A stretch of 64,000 nucleotides of DNA from a virus, in IMG/VR virus record IMGVR_UViG_3300017527_000885. One strand, 5' to 3'. The position numbers were made by a program, and so were the translations under genes. The first letter of the stretch is position 1. Every line of letters starts with the position of its first letter. A model generated the notes under the pieces. The model was not told the origin of the DNA. It was given only the letters and a program-made list of their open reading frames with translations, and searched no databases. Positions 8,575-18,323 of the stretch are shown here, in pieces.

Positions 8575-9357
8575 GCGGGAGCCTATGATTAAGGGGATGG
8601 AGTTGGGCGCGTCGTTCAACTCCCCCCGCCAGGTGATCCACTTATCACTCCGGTTAGCCGAACTGAGAGTGCCGCAAAAAGCCGCGACAACGCGGCCGTT
8701 ATAACGCTCCATTTCTCGCCAGAAGTCAAGGTATTGTCTCGCTTTGACTTCTTTCTTTACTATAGCTGAGGTGTTGGAGAACTCCACATAGACTGGCTTT
8801 CTAAGAGTTAGAACGCGGTACCCAATGCGCCAGACGTGGGGATGGTAGTCGTCTCTCGTATTGCAGTCTTTCCAGAAAGCCTGTTCGCAGATAAAGTCTG
8901 CCAAGTCTATCGCTAGATTGGCCTCAAAGAGAAAGGTTTCCGAGTCCACGTAACCTGCCCCGCGCCCACCAGCGCGCAGAGAAGGGAATCCCCACTGGCA
9001 TCCTGGAAACTCCTCTGCTAATGCTTCCCTGACCTCTATCCACCAGGCAGCAAAATCGTGCCCATTTGTCCAGGTATCCCCAAATCCCATCTTGTGCAGA
9101 TTGGGGTGGGGTTGAATCTCGAAGAGCCGCCCTCCCATTGAATAAGCAGTGCTTATGTAGTCAAGGGCAAAGTCACAGTACTGGATCGGGGGTGCGGGGG
9201 TTACTCCTATGGAGTATAGAACAAGGGAGAGATTGTCCGCATACACCGGGTATCCTACCGATGTCTTGATGGCCCTCACTCCTGCCACATGTAATACAGC
9301 AGTATCGGCCTCGTCTATTTGTCTGGTAGTGGTTACGCCTAAGAGGCAGTTGGTCAT
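8566..9357 (-). CDS. hypothetical protein (leaderless start)
   Basis: 263-aa ORF. On the - strand, TTGAAT-17-TATAAT (9389-9364) puts the predicted TSS at the ATG. Confidence 0.4.
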   Translation of the reverse strand: MTNCLLGVTTTRQIDEADTAVLHVAGVRAIKTSVGYPVYADNLSLVLYSIGVTPAPPIQYCDFALDYISTAYSMGGRLFEIQPHPNLHKMGFGDTWTNGHDFAAWWIEVREALAEEFPGCQWGFPSLRAGGRGAGYVDSETFLFEANLAIDLADFICEQAFWKDCNTRDDYHPHVWRIGYRVLTLRKPVYVEFSNTSAIVKKEVKARQYLDFWREMERYNGRVVAAFCGTLSSANRSDKWITWRGELNDAPNSIPLIIGSRST

Positions 9358-9392
9358 ACCTATATTATAGCGCGTGATACACTTATATTCAA

Positions 9393-9863
9393 CTACCTAC
9401 GAGAAACGCGCCAGACAACCATGCCGCTGTGTGCGACCACCTTTCCCCTATTCCCGGTAGAGTTTGTGGCTTGAATCTTGAGAGTATAGGCAGTTCCACC
9501 TGTTAGTTCAATAACCCAGGTTTGACTTACCTCCGACCTACCCCCTGTGGTCTGTGCCTCAACAAATCCCAGTACCCCATTATCTACCCCATTGACATCG
9601 AGTGCAATCCTGAGATCGTCACCCACATTGCAAGCAGCAGTTCCCGTCCCCTGATTGATGAATACATGAGCGAAACAAACTGCATACTCATTGGTCTGTG
9701 GGGTGAATGAGCCGGTAGTTATTCCTGGGATATCCTGGTAGCTTGTGGAAAGATTGAGGGTGGCAGTAGAGTTATGCCTAGCTGGCACGCTGGGACGGCG
9801 CACGAAGTATGTTGAGAGTGCCGAGACCAGTTGCTTTACGTTAGTTCTAAAAGGGGCTTTCAT
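9393..9863 (-). CDS. hypothetical virion protein
   Basis: 156-aa ORF in the tail module. Confidence 0.35.
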   Translation of the reverse strand: MKAPFRTNVKQLVSALSTYFVRRPSVPARHNSTATLNLSTSYQDIPGITTGSFTPQTNEYAVCFAHVFINQGTGTAACNVGDDLRIALDVNGVDNGVLGFVEAQTTGGRSEVSQTWVIELTGGTAYTLKIQATNSTGNRGKVVAHSGMVVWRVSRR

Positions 9864-9865
9864 GT

Positions 9866-11020
9866 TTACCTCAGAGCATCCATCCGGCTAATTACAGCAT
9901 CAATGGCAAAAGACTCTTGATCTAGGGAGACATTAAGAGAGTTATCTTTGCTTGAGTACTGCATTTCCATGATCTGACCGACACGTAGCCTATCCCAAGA
10001 TGTGTCAAACAGTACTGAATCGGGAAGAATGTCGTTCATCCGCATGTAGCCCCCACCACGCTTTATGGGCATCCAGATAGGCCACTTGCTCTGGTTGTTG
10101 TCCATAATAGACCCCGCGCTTATGGTGAACTCGTACTGTAGCAGAGGCTGCTTGTACTTATCCAAATAGAGATCGCGGTAATATGGTGCAACATCATCCT
10201 CGCAGTCCCCAATAGTGATGTGGGCCTCGCGCGTCCAATAATCTGCATCGCTATCACTATCTGTTCCGGCCGCAGTAACAGCTAAGTAACCCTTTGGATC
10301 GGTGTGGAGAACCTGCACATCATTGGCTAGCTGGGAAATATCTCGTGACAGCACAAGGGAACCTTGTGTCAAGTCGCGCCTCCATATCTGCCAGTTAAAT
10401 GTACCATCATTGACCTGCGCCTTGAAGTAGGGGACAGGCTTTGCCGGGTTTATTCCATCGAGTGGCCCATTCAACAGCCAGTAGTTCCACTGGGCATCGT
10501 TCGTATCTGACAGGGCAGCCAGCATTTGGATCACATCGCCTGGGAACATACCCTCATCAGGAGGTTCCCAGAATCCAATCACTGTGTTTGTCTCACCAAT
10601 ATGATCCTGGTCACTTGAGATTGCCGGAACATTGGTTGTCAGTATATCCTTGAGCACTTCAGATGTGGAATCAGTATCAGTGACAACATTGACATAATAC
10701 TCATCGAAGTGGCGCTCCCAGAAACCACGGCAGCCAACCCGAACCCCCTCTGGGATGAGGGTGACTGTGTAAATAAACCCATCCGCTACTGGAATATCCA
10801 CAAACCTATCCACAACCAGAAGGCGAAAGCCGCAACGGTTCCTGAAGAAATCCCATGCCTCTGCCTGATTCAAATAGATTATAAGGTCGTATGTTTGTAC
10901 GCCGCCATGGATTGCCCAATGAATGTTGACTTCCGAAACGCGCGTATATGTGCCCTTGTGTGTTGGGCTACTGAGATTATTGGTGTAGACAATGGCTTGA
11001 AAAGACATTTTACGAACCAA
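9866..11020 (-). CDS. putative tail-tip/baseplate protein
   Basis: 384-aa ORF, second gene downstream of the tape measure gene. Call rests on position only. Confidence 0.3.
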   Translation of the reverse strand: MVRKMSFQAIVYTNNLSSPTHKGTYTRVSEVNIHWAIHGGVQTYDLIIYLNQAEAWDFFRNRCGFRLLVVDRFVDIPVADGFIYTVTLIPEGVRVGCRGFWERHFDEYYVNVVTDTDSTSEVLKDILTTNVPAISSDQDHIGETNTVIGFWEPPDEGMFPGDVIQMLAALSDTNDAQWNYWLLNGPLDGINPAKPVPYFKAQVNDGTFNWQIWRRDLTQGSLVLSRDISQLANDVQVLHTDPKGYLAVTAAGTDSDSDADYWTREAHITIGDCEDDVAPYYRDLYLDKYKQPLLQYEFTISAGSIMDNNQSKWPIWMPIKRGGGYMRMNDILPDSVLFDTSWDRLRVGQIMEMQYSSKDNSLNVSLDQESFAIDAVISRMDALR

Positions 11021-12929
11021 TCAAGAATTCTGTGCGGGGCTTGTAGGCTACGGTAACGTCTGACACATAGTTCTTTGGTAGCCGATCATCTGAGCCAAAT
11101 TCATGCACCTGCAAGACAATGAATCGCTGGTCATTGAACGGGTCGGCCTCTGGTACACTGCCAACAAGGGGCCACTTTGCATAAAACTCATCTGCAGTGC
11201 CACCCTCGCTCCAAACCTCTTGGCTTTCGGAGTCGGCCTCGATTAGATATCCTCCATCGTTCACGTTTTGTATTTCGGCATACATAGTATCAATGGGCAG
11301 GATCAGCATATAGTCACAGAACACAGTGGCGGTGGTGGCACCAACACTACGTCTGCAATAAGCCTCAATCTTGAGTGTATCCACTACCTGAGTTTTGTCA
11401 CGTAGCGGATAGCCCAAATCTATTGTTCCGAAGTATGCTTCAACCCAGTTGCTTTGTGCATCATCGGTTATCACAACCTCGTCATATTCAGCGCTCGGGT
11501 CAGACCCGCCCACAAGCACGTTCAGGCTACCATATAGTGTACCATCCGAGCCATTATCTCTTATATAGCAGTACACTTGCGCCATGCCGCCATAGGGGGC
11601 CATGGTTGGTGACGAGGTATCATTCAATGTTGCAATGGCCGTTTTACTGGCAGCGCTAGGGGTAATAGAAGCCGAACGATATGCTCCACCAGAGAAGTCG
11701 GTATCTGCAACCCCGGATTCATTCTCTACATAATTACCCTGTGCTGCTAGTCCATTCTTCTTGTGGAACATTCGAATAGCGGTTGTGGACATTGCCCCGG
11801 ATGTGGTGGGATTTAGGGTGAATTTAGTGTGCGCGGGAAGATCGCCCAATACATCTGCCATGTCCAGATAGTTGATACATCCCTCGCCGTCACTCTGATA
11901 GTGGTTTCTCAGGGCCGCTCCACTGGCCCAAGCCTTTGGCCTAGTTGTAGCCCCCAACTGCAGATATGTCTTGTCGGCGTAGAATGTTGTGTTCTCGCTG
12001 GCATCGCCAGTTAGCCGCTCGAGCCTCATGGTCAAGGTTGTATCACCAGTAGTTGTTGCCCCAATCACATCCAGCCGCTTCCAGGTGTTACCGCCAGCCC
12101 CCTCCGCTGTTGGTACAGCGGCATCATAGGAAGCTGTCCCGATACTACCACTGCCATCAGCCTGGACATCCAGCGTGATGTCGTCATTCGCGGAGCTTCG
12201 ATATACCCAAGCATACGACACAAAGTTTTGCACGCCACTTGTAGCCACCGTGTCGCTGTAGATGCCGTCAGTACCCGAGTTGTCGGTGACCACCTTCTGG
12301 CTCTGAGTACCTACCAAATAGATAGATGTGTCAAGAGTAGTGGTTGGCGATCCGTTTCCGGCCCAGTGATCTGCTAGGCCATCCGCGTCTTCATCCTCCT
12401 CAAAGTGAGGGGTGCCAAGCGAGTTCTTCAGAGTTTCGACTGCACCATATCCATCAGGGGTGGTCACCACTGTGACCTTGAAGGCATCCCCAAATGCAAT
12501 ATCATTGCCCTGGCGGTTGAAATAGTCCCACAGGTCAAGGCGATTATATTTCACATCAACCACGCCATAGCGCGTCCAGTTGGCTGCACCCTCAAGCTGA
12601 ATTTCGAGATAAACCTCATCCACATCTCTCTCTATCCAGTGTCGGCGGGCATTTCTGACAAGTTTATTCAATGTTGCTAGGTGATCTGGGATATCGTCCA
12701 CGTCACTTGTTTCTATCTTTAGCTTCATAGGCCAAGTGCGGTTGGTCAGCCGCTCTCTTACAATCTCATCTCCATCCTGCCAATCACTGCTGTGGTAGAG
12801 GTGGCTGTGTTGGGGCAACCCAAATTCATTCCCGCCTGTCATCATTTGGAACCCCGGCGCGCTTGTATCATAGTACAAGTCTATCGTTGTAGTTCCATCA
12901 CTTAGCCTAAAAACATCAGTCCTAGCCAT
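11010..12929 (-). CDS. putative distal tail protein / tail-tip protein
   Basis: 639-aa ORF immediately downstream of the tape measure gene. Call rests on synteny only. Confidence 0.35.
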   Translation of the reverse strand: MARTDVFRLSDGTTTIDLYYDTSAPGFQMMTGGNEFGLPQHSHLYHSSDWQDGDEIVRERLTNRTWPMKLKIETSDVDDIPDHLATLNKLVRNARRHWIERDVDEVYLEIQLEGAANWTRYGVVDVKYNRLDLWDYFNRQGNDIAFGDAFKVTVVTTPDGYGAVETLKNSLGTPHFEEDEDADGLADHWAGNGSPTTTLDTSIYLVGTQSQKVVTDNSGTDGIYSDTVATSGVQNFVSYAWVYRSSANDDITLDVQADGSGSIGTASYDAAVPTAEGAGGNTWKRLDVIGATTTGDTTLTMRLERLTGDASENTTFYADKTYLQLGATTRPKAWASGAALRNHYQSDGEGCINYLDMADVLGDLPAHTKFTLNPTTSGAMSTTAIRMFHKKNGLAAQGNYVENESGVADTDFSGGAYRSASITPSAASKTAIATLNDTSSPTMAPYGGMAQVYCYIRDNGSDGTLYGSLNVLVGGSDPSAEYDEVVITDDAQSNWVEAYFGTIDLGYPLRDKTQVVDTLKIEAYCRRSVGATTATVFCDYMLILPIDTMYAEIQNVNDGGYLIEADSESQEVWSEGGTADEFYAKWPLVGSVPEADPFNDQRFIVLQVHEFGSDDRLPKNYVSDVTVAYKPRTEFLIGS

Positions 12930-12938
12930 CTATTTCTC

Positions 12939-15900
12939 CTACGCTGGTCGCTTCTGATCCCGAGCCATTCTGCCAATGTCCTGGGCGATTTGCTCGGATA
13001 GCTCACGGCCCACCTGCATGTTGGGCACCATCACATTCTCCATTAGAGGGGCATTAATATTGACCACCGTACCGCCCCCCCCCTTCCCCCCGACTGTCCC
13101 ACCTCCACCTCCCAACCCTGGCACCACCCCTCTGTACTGCTGCGGTCCAGGGGTGCCATAGTCATCGAGATAGTCCGGGGGTGGTCCAGGCCACTCAAAG
13201 TCTACCGTGAACTTGGTGTTTTTAAGGAAGTTGTTCATGTTTTTCAGCCCACCGTGCAAGCCATCTAGCTTTTTGTGGTTGCCATCAATGGCACCTGATA
13301 CCAATGAAAGCTGATCTTTTACCACACCTCTCCACTCCTTGAATGAGGCTTGCTGTTTCCTTAGGTTGCTATTTGTAGCGCTAGTAGTAGCCCGTAGCTT
13401 GCCATGATTGGCGCGCAGGGTGCCAGACACCTCACCAACCGATTCTTTAATATTATCTTCCCACTCACCATAAACGTCAATCTGCTTTTTCAGGTCGCTG
13501 ATAGTCATGGCGTTTTGTTCTTGCAGCTTGCCATGATTGGCGCGCTGAGTGCCAGCCACCTCGTTGTAGGATTTCCTAACACTCTTTGACCAGTCATGTA
13601 CCTTTCCGCCCATTGCGTCGAAGGCATCTGCAAAGGCTTTTGCCTCTCCCTTCACAGCCTCTCCTGCAGCCGCAGCCCCAGTTTCAAGAGCATACACATG
13701 GTCGCCGTAACCCACATCTAAATCCATAATGGCCTGGTCAACATTGGTACGCATCTCCTGGGCGGCATCTATATATCCCTGGCCCCAGGTGGCTCCCATA
13801 CCCGCACCGGAAATTACTTCTTCCCCGAACGCTTCGTTGATCCTTCCCGCCACCTCGTCAAACATTCGTCCCACTGCATTTATTCCACTTCCAACAAGCT
13901 CGATCATGCGGGCAACGGCGTAGACAATAGCCCTTGGTACCAGCATGATCGCGCGGCCGAACATCTCCCCGAACCTCAGTAAGTTCATGACAGTCTTCTG
14001 GAACCAGGTTAGTTTGTCAGAGAGTCTGGGTAGGTCTTTATTGCCATAATGGTTCATCAGGGCAACAGCCCCAAGCAGCCCGGTAACGAGAATACCAATC
14101 GGGGTCCAGATTATTCCAATTAACACTCCGATGAGCTTCAGGCCGCCCGCCATCCCAATTATGGTACCAAAGATCGACGCCATATCAGCCCAGTCCTTGC
14201 TAGTAACGGTATCAATTCCCAAGGCTTCAGCGAAACCTGCCCACGCCTCTCCCATCTCTGCGGTACTCTCATCCCAGGATGTCCGAAGTCTCTTTAGCTC
14301 CGCCTGAATCTGGCCCGAAACTTCTGCAAAGGTATCACGAATTCTCTTTAGGCGTTCGGCCAAATCTAGCCCGCCACCTGCGCCAAAACCAGCACCGATG
14401 TCAAGCTCGGGTACTGAGATACCGCCACCGCCACCACCTCCGCCGCCACCTGCGCCACTAGATGCTGAGGCTGTTTCCCTAATAGCTCTCAGTAGCAAGC
14501 GCATTATGTCAAGCTGCTCTTTCAGTAGGTCTTTGCGCTCTTCCAGGATATCAATTTCTGACTTCTGTTCGTCCAGCGCATCCTGGGTTGCGTTGACCTC
14601 CTTGATCTTGTTCCTGATTGCCGTGGGGTCTTTGTTGAGAATCTGTAGGCGGAATAGTTCACCACGCTGCTTCTTCATCACACCCGTTAGGGCATCGAAC
14701 TTCTTCTTGGCTCTGTCTAGCTGGCTTTCAACTGCGTTGGTCAAGAACTCTAGGTCAATGATGGCTAGGCCCTCAGTCCAAGCTGCCATAGCATCAATGC
14801 CCATTTGCAAAAGGGCAGGCTTGACTCCACCCTCAAGCTGGGCTTGCAGAGAGGCGGTGATGCCGGACAGGTCCATTTCCTCGGAGCCTTCCAGTAAACC
14901 GTTCACCCACTCCTGCATTGTAAGCTTGCCCCAAGTGTCAATCTGGGGCGCAACATTCGGAGGTGAACCGGGAGCAAACGCCCAGGTCAGCAACGCCGTA
15001 ATGGCATTCATTACAGTGACAAATATTGCGGTAAACCCTTCTATGATACCAATGCCGAAGTTAACACCTACATTGGTACCCCAGACCAGTGCTTCCATGG
15101 CCCACTGGGCTGCCTCGTTGCCCATTCCCTGAGCCGCGTTCTTTGTGCTTGCTGGTATCTGTGCAAGGCCATCAACAAAGCCCGTTACCCAGTCCTCTGC
15201 AGCTTGTAGGATAGGCCCGGTCGCGTGCTGGATTGATTGCGCCAGCACCGAAAATACGGGAGCGAAATCATTCAGTATGGTATCGCGGGTGTCGACAAAC
15301 GAGTTGCGAAGTGATGCCATGCGGGTTGAGAGAAGCAAGCTGACATTACCCATCCGCATTATGATGTTTTCGCCCTGCGCCATAGCGGCGTTTAGAACCG
15401 CAGTTACACGCTGGGTGTGGGTTAGGGCCTCGGGAAGTACATTAAGCTCGTCAGCGTAGTCGGCATAAGCCTCGGTCAGAGATATCGAGATACCCAGGTT
15501 GTCCAGCCAGCGAGTAGACAGACGGCCAACACCCTTGATCAAGGACTCGAACATGTAGTCCAGGTCCTGCCCCGTGGCTAGAGCAGCGGCCTGGGCCGTT
15601 TGAAGCATTTGGGGCAAGCGGGTTGCCACCTGATCACCAACCAATAGGAACGCCAGGTTGGCGCTCTTCATCATATCGGTGGCGGAGATTGCGCCGTTGG
15701 TGATGTCCCGCATATCACTCAGCAATGAGCTTGCGGTGCCGGAAAATTCAGGAACGGAGGCGCGGGCAGCTTCTGTAAAGTTCTCGAAGGCTATGCGAAC
15801 AGACTGGATCGGCCCGACCTGGCTTGCCAAGTCGCCTATGGCCCGCCCAAGAGCGCGCAATCCATGATACCCGATAAGTCCCGCGATGACAGTGCCAATG

Positions 15901-16070
15901 CTTTTTAGGGCGCGGCCAATCCCCTTGAGACCGGGGGCGCGGAGTTTCTTTAGCGCATCACCAAACTTCTTGATCCCAGAAGTGGCTAGCCTTGTTTGGG
16001 CGACTGCCTTCTTGAGAGCAGGAGTCAGCTTTTCTTTTAGGGTGATAACGATACTTAGATTGAAGTTCAT
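12939..16070 (-). CDS. tail tape measure protein
   Basis: 1043 aa, long alpha-helical Ala/Gln/Leu-rich sequence, poly-Gly tracts (GAGGGGGGGGGG and GGGGGTVGGKGGGG), a TM-like central segment. Sits after the chaperone pair. Confidence 0.8.
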   Translation of the reverse strand: MNFNLSIVITLKEKLTPALKKAVAQTRLATSGIKKFGDALKKLRAPGLKGIGRALKSIGTVIAGLIGYHGLRALGRAIGDLASQVGPIQSVRIAFENFTEAARASVPEFSGTASSLLSDMRDITNGAISATDMMKSANLAFLLVGDQVATRLPQMLQTAQAAALATGQDLDYMFESLIKGVGRLSTRWLDNLGISISLTEAYADYADELNVLPEALTHTQRVTAVLNAAMAQGENIIMRMGNVSLLLSTRMASLRNSFVDTRDTILNDFAPVFSVLAQSIQHATGPILQAAEDWVTGFVDGLAQIPASTKNAAQGMGNEAAQWAMEALVWGTNVGVNFGIGIIEGFTAIFVTVMNAITALLTWAFAPGSPPNVAPQIDTWGKLTMQEWVNGLLEGSEEMDLSGITASLQAQLEGGVKPALLQMGIDAMAAWTEGLAIIDLEFLTNAVESQLDRAKKKFDALTGVMKKQRGELFRLQILNKDPTAIRNKIKEVNATQDALDEQKSEIDILEERKDLLKEQLDIMRLLLRAIRETASASSGAGGGGGGGGGGISVPELDIGAGFGAGGGLDLAERLKRIRDTFAEVSGQIQAELKRLRTSWDESTAEMGEAWAGFAEALGIDTVTSKDWADMASIFGTIIGMAGGLKLIGVLIGIIWTPIGILVTGLLGAVALMNHYGNKDLPRLSDKLTWFQKTVMNLLRFGEMFGRAIMLVPRAIVYAVARMIELVGSGINAVGRMFDEVAGRINEAFGEEVISGAGMGATWGQGYIDAAQEMRTNVDQAIMDLDVGYGDHVYALETGAAAAGEAVKGEAKAFADAFDAMGGKVHDWSKSVRKSYNEVAGTQRANHGKLQEQNAMTISDLKKQIDVYGEWEDNIKESVGEVSGTLRANHGKLRATTSATNSNLRKQQASFKEWRGVVKDQLSLVSGAIDGNHKKLDGLHGGLKNMNNFLKNTKFTVDFEWPGPPPDYLDDYGTPGPQQYRGVVPGLGGGGGTVGGKGGGGTVVNINAPLMENVMVPNMQVGRELSEQIAQDIGRMARDQKRPA

Positions 16071-16788
16071 TCTTGCTTCTGTCTCAACTCAGCCATTAGT
16101 TCAACAGTAAACTCATCTCCTGGCCTCGTAAGGGCTTTATCGTCCCCTTCGCAGGCGAACTGTATGCGAATTCGATCCTCCCCCTCAACTTTGGCGGGGT
16201 CTTCTTTGAACTGGTGCGCTATTTCGCTCCAGTATTTCATTTCCAGCATCTCCATCAACAGCAGGCCATCCTGCCCCTCTAGATCAGAGGGAAGGCAATG
16301 GAACACCTGACATAGTTGTAGGAGAAATGCAGAAGGCGGAATTACCCCTCGTCCTGTGATGATGGTTCTGACGAGGGTTGCGGCGGGTTTTTTTCCTCGC
16401 CCTCCGACGCGCCCCCTGTTACCTCAACCCACTTGCCGATCAGGTACTGCAACTCGTCCAGGCTTATATCACGCAGCGCCTCGGCCGATGGTTTGGGGTA
16501 CTTGGTTGGTTCCTTTGCATTCTCGCTGTAGGGGTCAGTCCAAGTCCAGCTTTGGATAACAGATGGCAGAATCTCACATACATCACTGTACATGAATTCT
16601 GCCATTGCTTGTGTATCCTCGGAATCCTCACCGAACCCCTGTACCTTTAGCAGGGCCATGAGATTGCGCGGCGAAATACGACGACGAAACACTACCTTTT
16701 CTCCCTTGTGGGGGTAGTATTTCTTGTCGTCATGCTCTAGCACAAAGTCATCACTCTTGCTGATAATGAGCGGTGCTCGTTTTGCCAT
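16067..16788 (-). CDS. tail assembly chaperone GT-like fusion via programmed -1 frameshift
   Basis: The -1 frame is open from the slippery site through to the stop at 16067. The 79-aa ORF at 16067-16306 is its 3' part. Confidence 0.55.
16342..16788 (-). CDS. tail assembly chaperone (G-like)
   Basis: 148 aa with acidic C-terminus. Sits between the major tail and tape measure genes. Contains the slippery site near its 3' end. Confidence 0.6.
   Translation of the reverse strand: MAKRAPLIISKSDDFVLEHDDKKYYPHKGEKVVFRRRISPRNLMALLKVQGFGEDSEDTQAMAEFMYSDVCEILPSVIQSWTWTDPYSENAKEPTKYPKPSAEALRDISLDELQYLIGKWVEVTGGASEGEEKNPPQPSSEPSSQDEG
16387..16393 (-). promoter_or_regulatory. -1 ribosomal frameshift slippery heptamer A_AAA_AAC
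   Basis: The mRNA reads GAG GAA AAA AAC CCG (E E K N P) in the G frame. The heptamer is in canonical X_XXY_YYZ register. The -1 frame stays open to 16067. Confidence 0.6.
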
Positions 16789-16887
16789 CTTTCTATATCC
16801 TCCCTGTTTCTTAGGTTCAGCAGTCTAGCTGCTGCTTGAAACGGGCTAGTTGTTTGGAAGCTGGGGAGTAGCCCCAGCCTAAAGGAT

Positions 16888-17283
16888 TTATGAGAATCCT
16901 AGTGCGGTAACATCACCTTCGCACACGCCGCCAAAGTCGATTGACCAGAAGTCCCCTGTCCCTGCACTTACGTTCCAGCGACTGAACTGACCATTGAACC
17001 ACCAGCCATTGGTTGTGTTGGTTCGGTCGGGGTAGACGCTGATAACACTGGTTGTGGTTGCAGACCCAGTTACTTCGTCAAAAATGGTATTGGAAGCGGT
17101 GTTCATTAGTGCCGTACCACTGAACTCGGAGCGATACACACCAACACGACTGATTCCAGACTCGTCACCCATAACCGCTGCCTCGGCAACCTCACGGTCA
17201 ATGCCAATGGTAATGGATGAAACATATTCTAGAATAACACCGTCAATGTATAGCGCGCCATCTAGTCCTGCTTTGTACGCCAT
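16888..17283 (-). CDS. putative major tail (tube) protein
   Basis: 131-aa ORF, first gene of the tail operon, directly upstream of the chaperone pair. Preceded by AGGAGG RBS and a promoter. Confidence 0.45.
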   Translation of the reverse strand: MAYKAGLDGALYIDGVILEYVSSITIGIDREVAEAAVMGDESGISRVGVYRSEFSGTALMNTASNTIFDEVTGSATTTSVISVYPDRTNTTNGWWFNGQFSRWNVSAGTGDFWSIDFGGVCEGDVTALGFS

Positions 17284-17350
17284 GCTGCATACCTCCTGAA
17301 AAAATGTGGCGTTCCTAGCCCCATAGAGCAGAATATCTGCCCTAACTAGT

Positions 17351-17386
17351 ATTATACGCGACGAGAGGAACCAAGGGCAAGGTTAA
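17351..17386 (-). promoter_or_regulatory. promoter TAACC-TTGCCC-N18-TATAAT for the tail operon
   Basis: - strand reading: TAACCTTGCCC...CGCGTATAAT. Member of a 4-copy motif family (see findings). Confidence 0.55.
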
Positions 17387-17428
17387 TTACACCAGTTGCC
17401 CAACTCTAAGCGAAAATCGGGAAATCTA

Positions 17429-17437
17429 TGGTATAAT
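17429..17437 (+). promoter_or_regulatory. extended -10 promoter TGGTATAAT (near-leaderless)
   Basis: CTATGGTATAAT with the ATG only 6 nt downstream (17444). Same 12-mer as at 4335-4346. Confidence 0.5.
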
Positions 17438-17443
17438 GTACCT

Positions 17444-17665
17444 ATGAATACCACAAGACATGATATACTCAACGCAATCGACCAGCTTCCGGCTGATGCA
17501 AAAGCAGAACAAACCAAAAGGCACCTGGAAAGGATCGGAGGGGGAAGTGCCAAGCGCCAGGCCCAAAGTGTGATGGAAAACATCAACAAGGTTGGGGAGG
17601 TGGGGGCCAATGAGCTTGTGCACAAAATCTGGCTATTTCTGGCCGAGCAGTTACCCCCTAGATGA
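17444..17665 (+). CDS. hypothetical protein (73 aa)
   Basis: ATG at 17444 (MNTTRHDILNAIDQL...) right after the -10. The ORF-track start at 17396 lies upstream of the promoter. Confidence 0.4.
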   Translation: MNTTRHDILNAIDQLPADAKAEQTKRHLERIGGGSAKRQAQSVMENINKVGEVGANELVHKIWLFLAEQLPPR

Positions 17666-17812
17666 GATGGAGTTGCCCGATAAGAGACATATGCTGGAAG
17701 CAACGACGAGGGCGCGACGAACCAAGACAGAAAGAGTGCGGGTTTGAGATCGCAAACGCTGTTGAAGAATGCCCCCTGAAAGACTATATTAAAGCTAAGC
17801 AGGAGGAAATAG

Positions 17813-18010
17813 ATGAACGCGAAGATGTGTGACAGATGTAGAGAGGTGTACGGAGAGGATGAGGGTAGCACTTTGTTTCTCAAGATGGAAGAAACAAAGA
17901 GGCGGCAAAAGTCGTACTTGCTGGAAAGGGATGGCCTATGCCCAGGCTGCACCGACGAACTGGTAGCGTGGTTTGCACAGTTCAAGATCGAGGAGGGTGG
18001 AGATGGCTAG
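17813..18010 (+). CDS. small zinc-ribbon protein
   Basis: CDRC...CPGC, two CxxC pairs. 65 aa. Confidence 0.4.
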   Translation: MNAKMCDRCREVYGEDEGSTLFLKMEETKRRQKSYLLERDGLCPGCTDELVAWFAQFKIEEGGDG

Positions 18011-18323
18011 GAGGGTAACAGTAACACTGGATGATGGAACCGAGATTAGGGGCGATCCCACAAGTGACGAGTTTCTGGCTACCATCAAGGCCGTAGGTGG
18101 AGATGGAATAGTTTACTACTCGGAGAAGGATGGGGCTACTCCTATCGCAAATATGAATGTCCACCACGCCCAGAATGCTGTGCTCAAGATGATGCGGGAA
18201 GCAGCAGATAGACTACAGGCACACCTCGCAGAGCCAAAAGAGTTCAGGGACGGTATCATTGCCCTATTCAAGAATAGGACACTTTTGGCCCTCATTGCCC
18301 ACATCGAGGCGAACATCAAATGA
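17973..18323 (+). CDS. hypothetical protein
   Basis: 116-aa ORF. Confidence 0.35.
   Translation: MHSSRSRRVEMARRVTVTLDDGTEIRGDPTSDEFLATIKAVGGDGIVYYSEKDGATPIANMNVHHAQNAVLKMMREAADRLQAHLAEPKEFRDGIIALFKNRTLLALIAHIEANIK

Noticed and set aside
14398-15132. 244-aa + strand ORF (poly-Pro/Ser) inside the tape measure gene
   Set aside because: It is antisense to a clearly coding tape measure region. Its low-complexity composition is driven by the Gly/Ala codons on the other strand.
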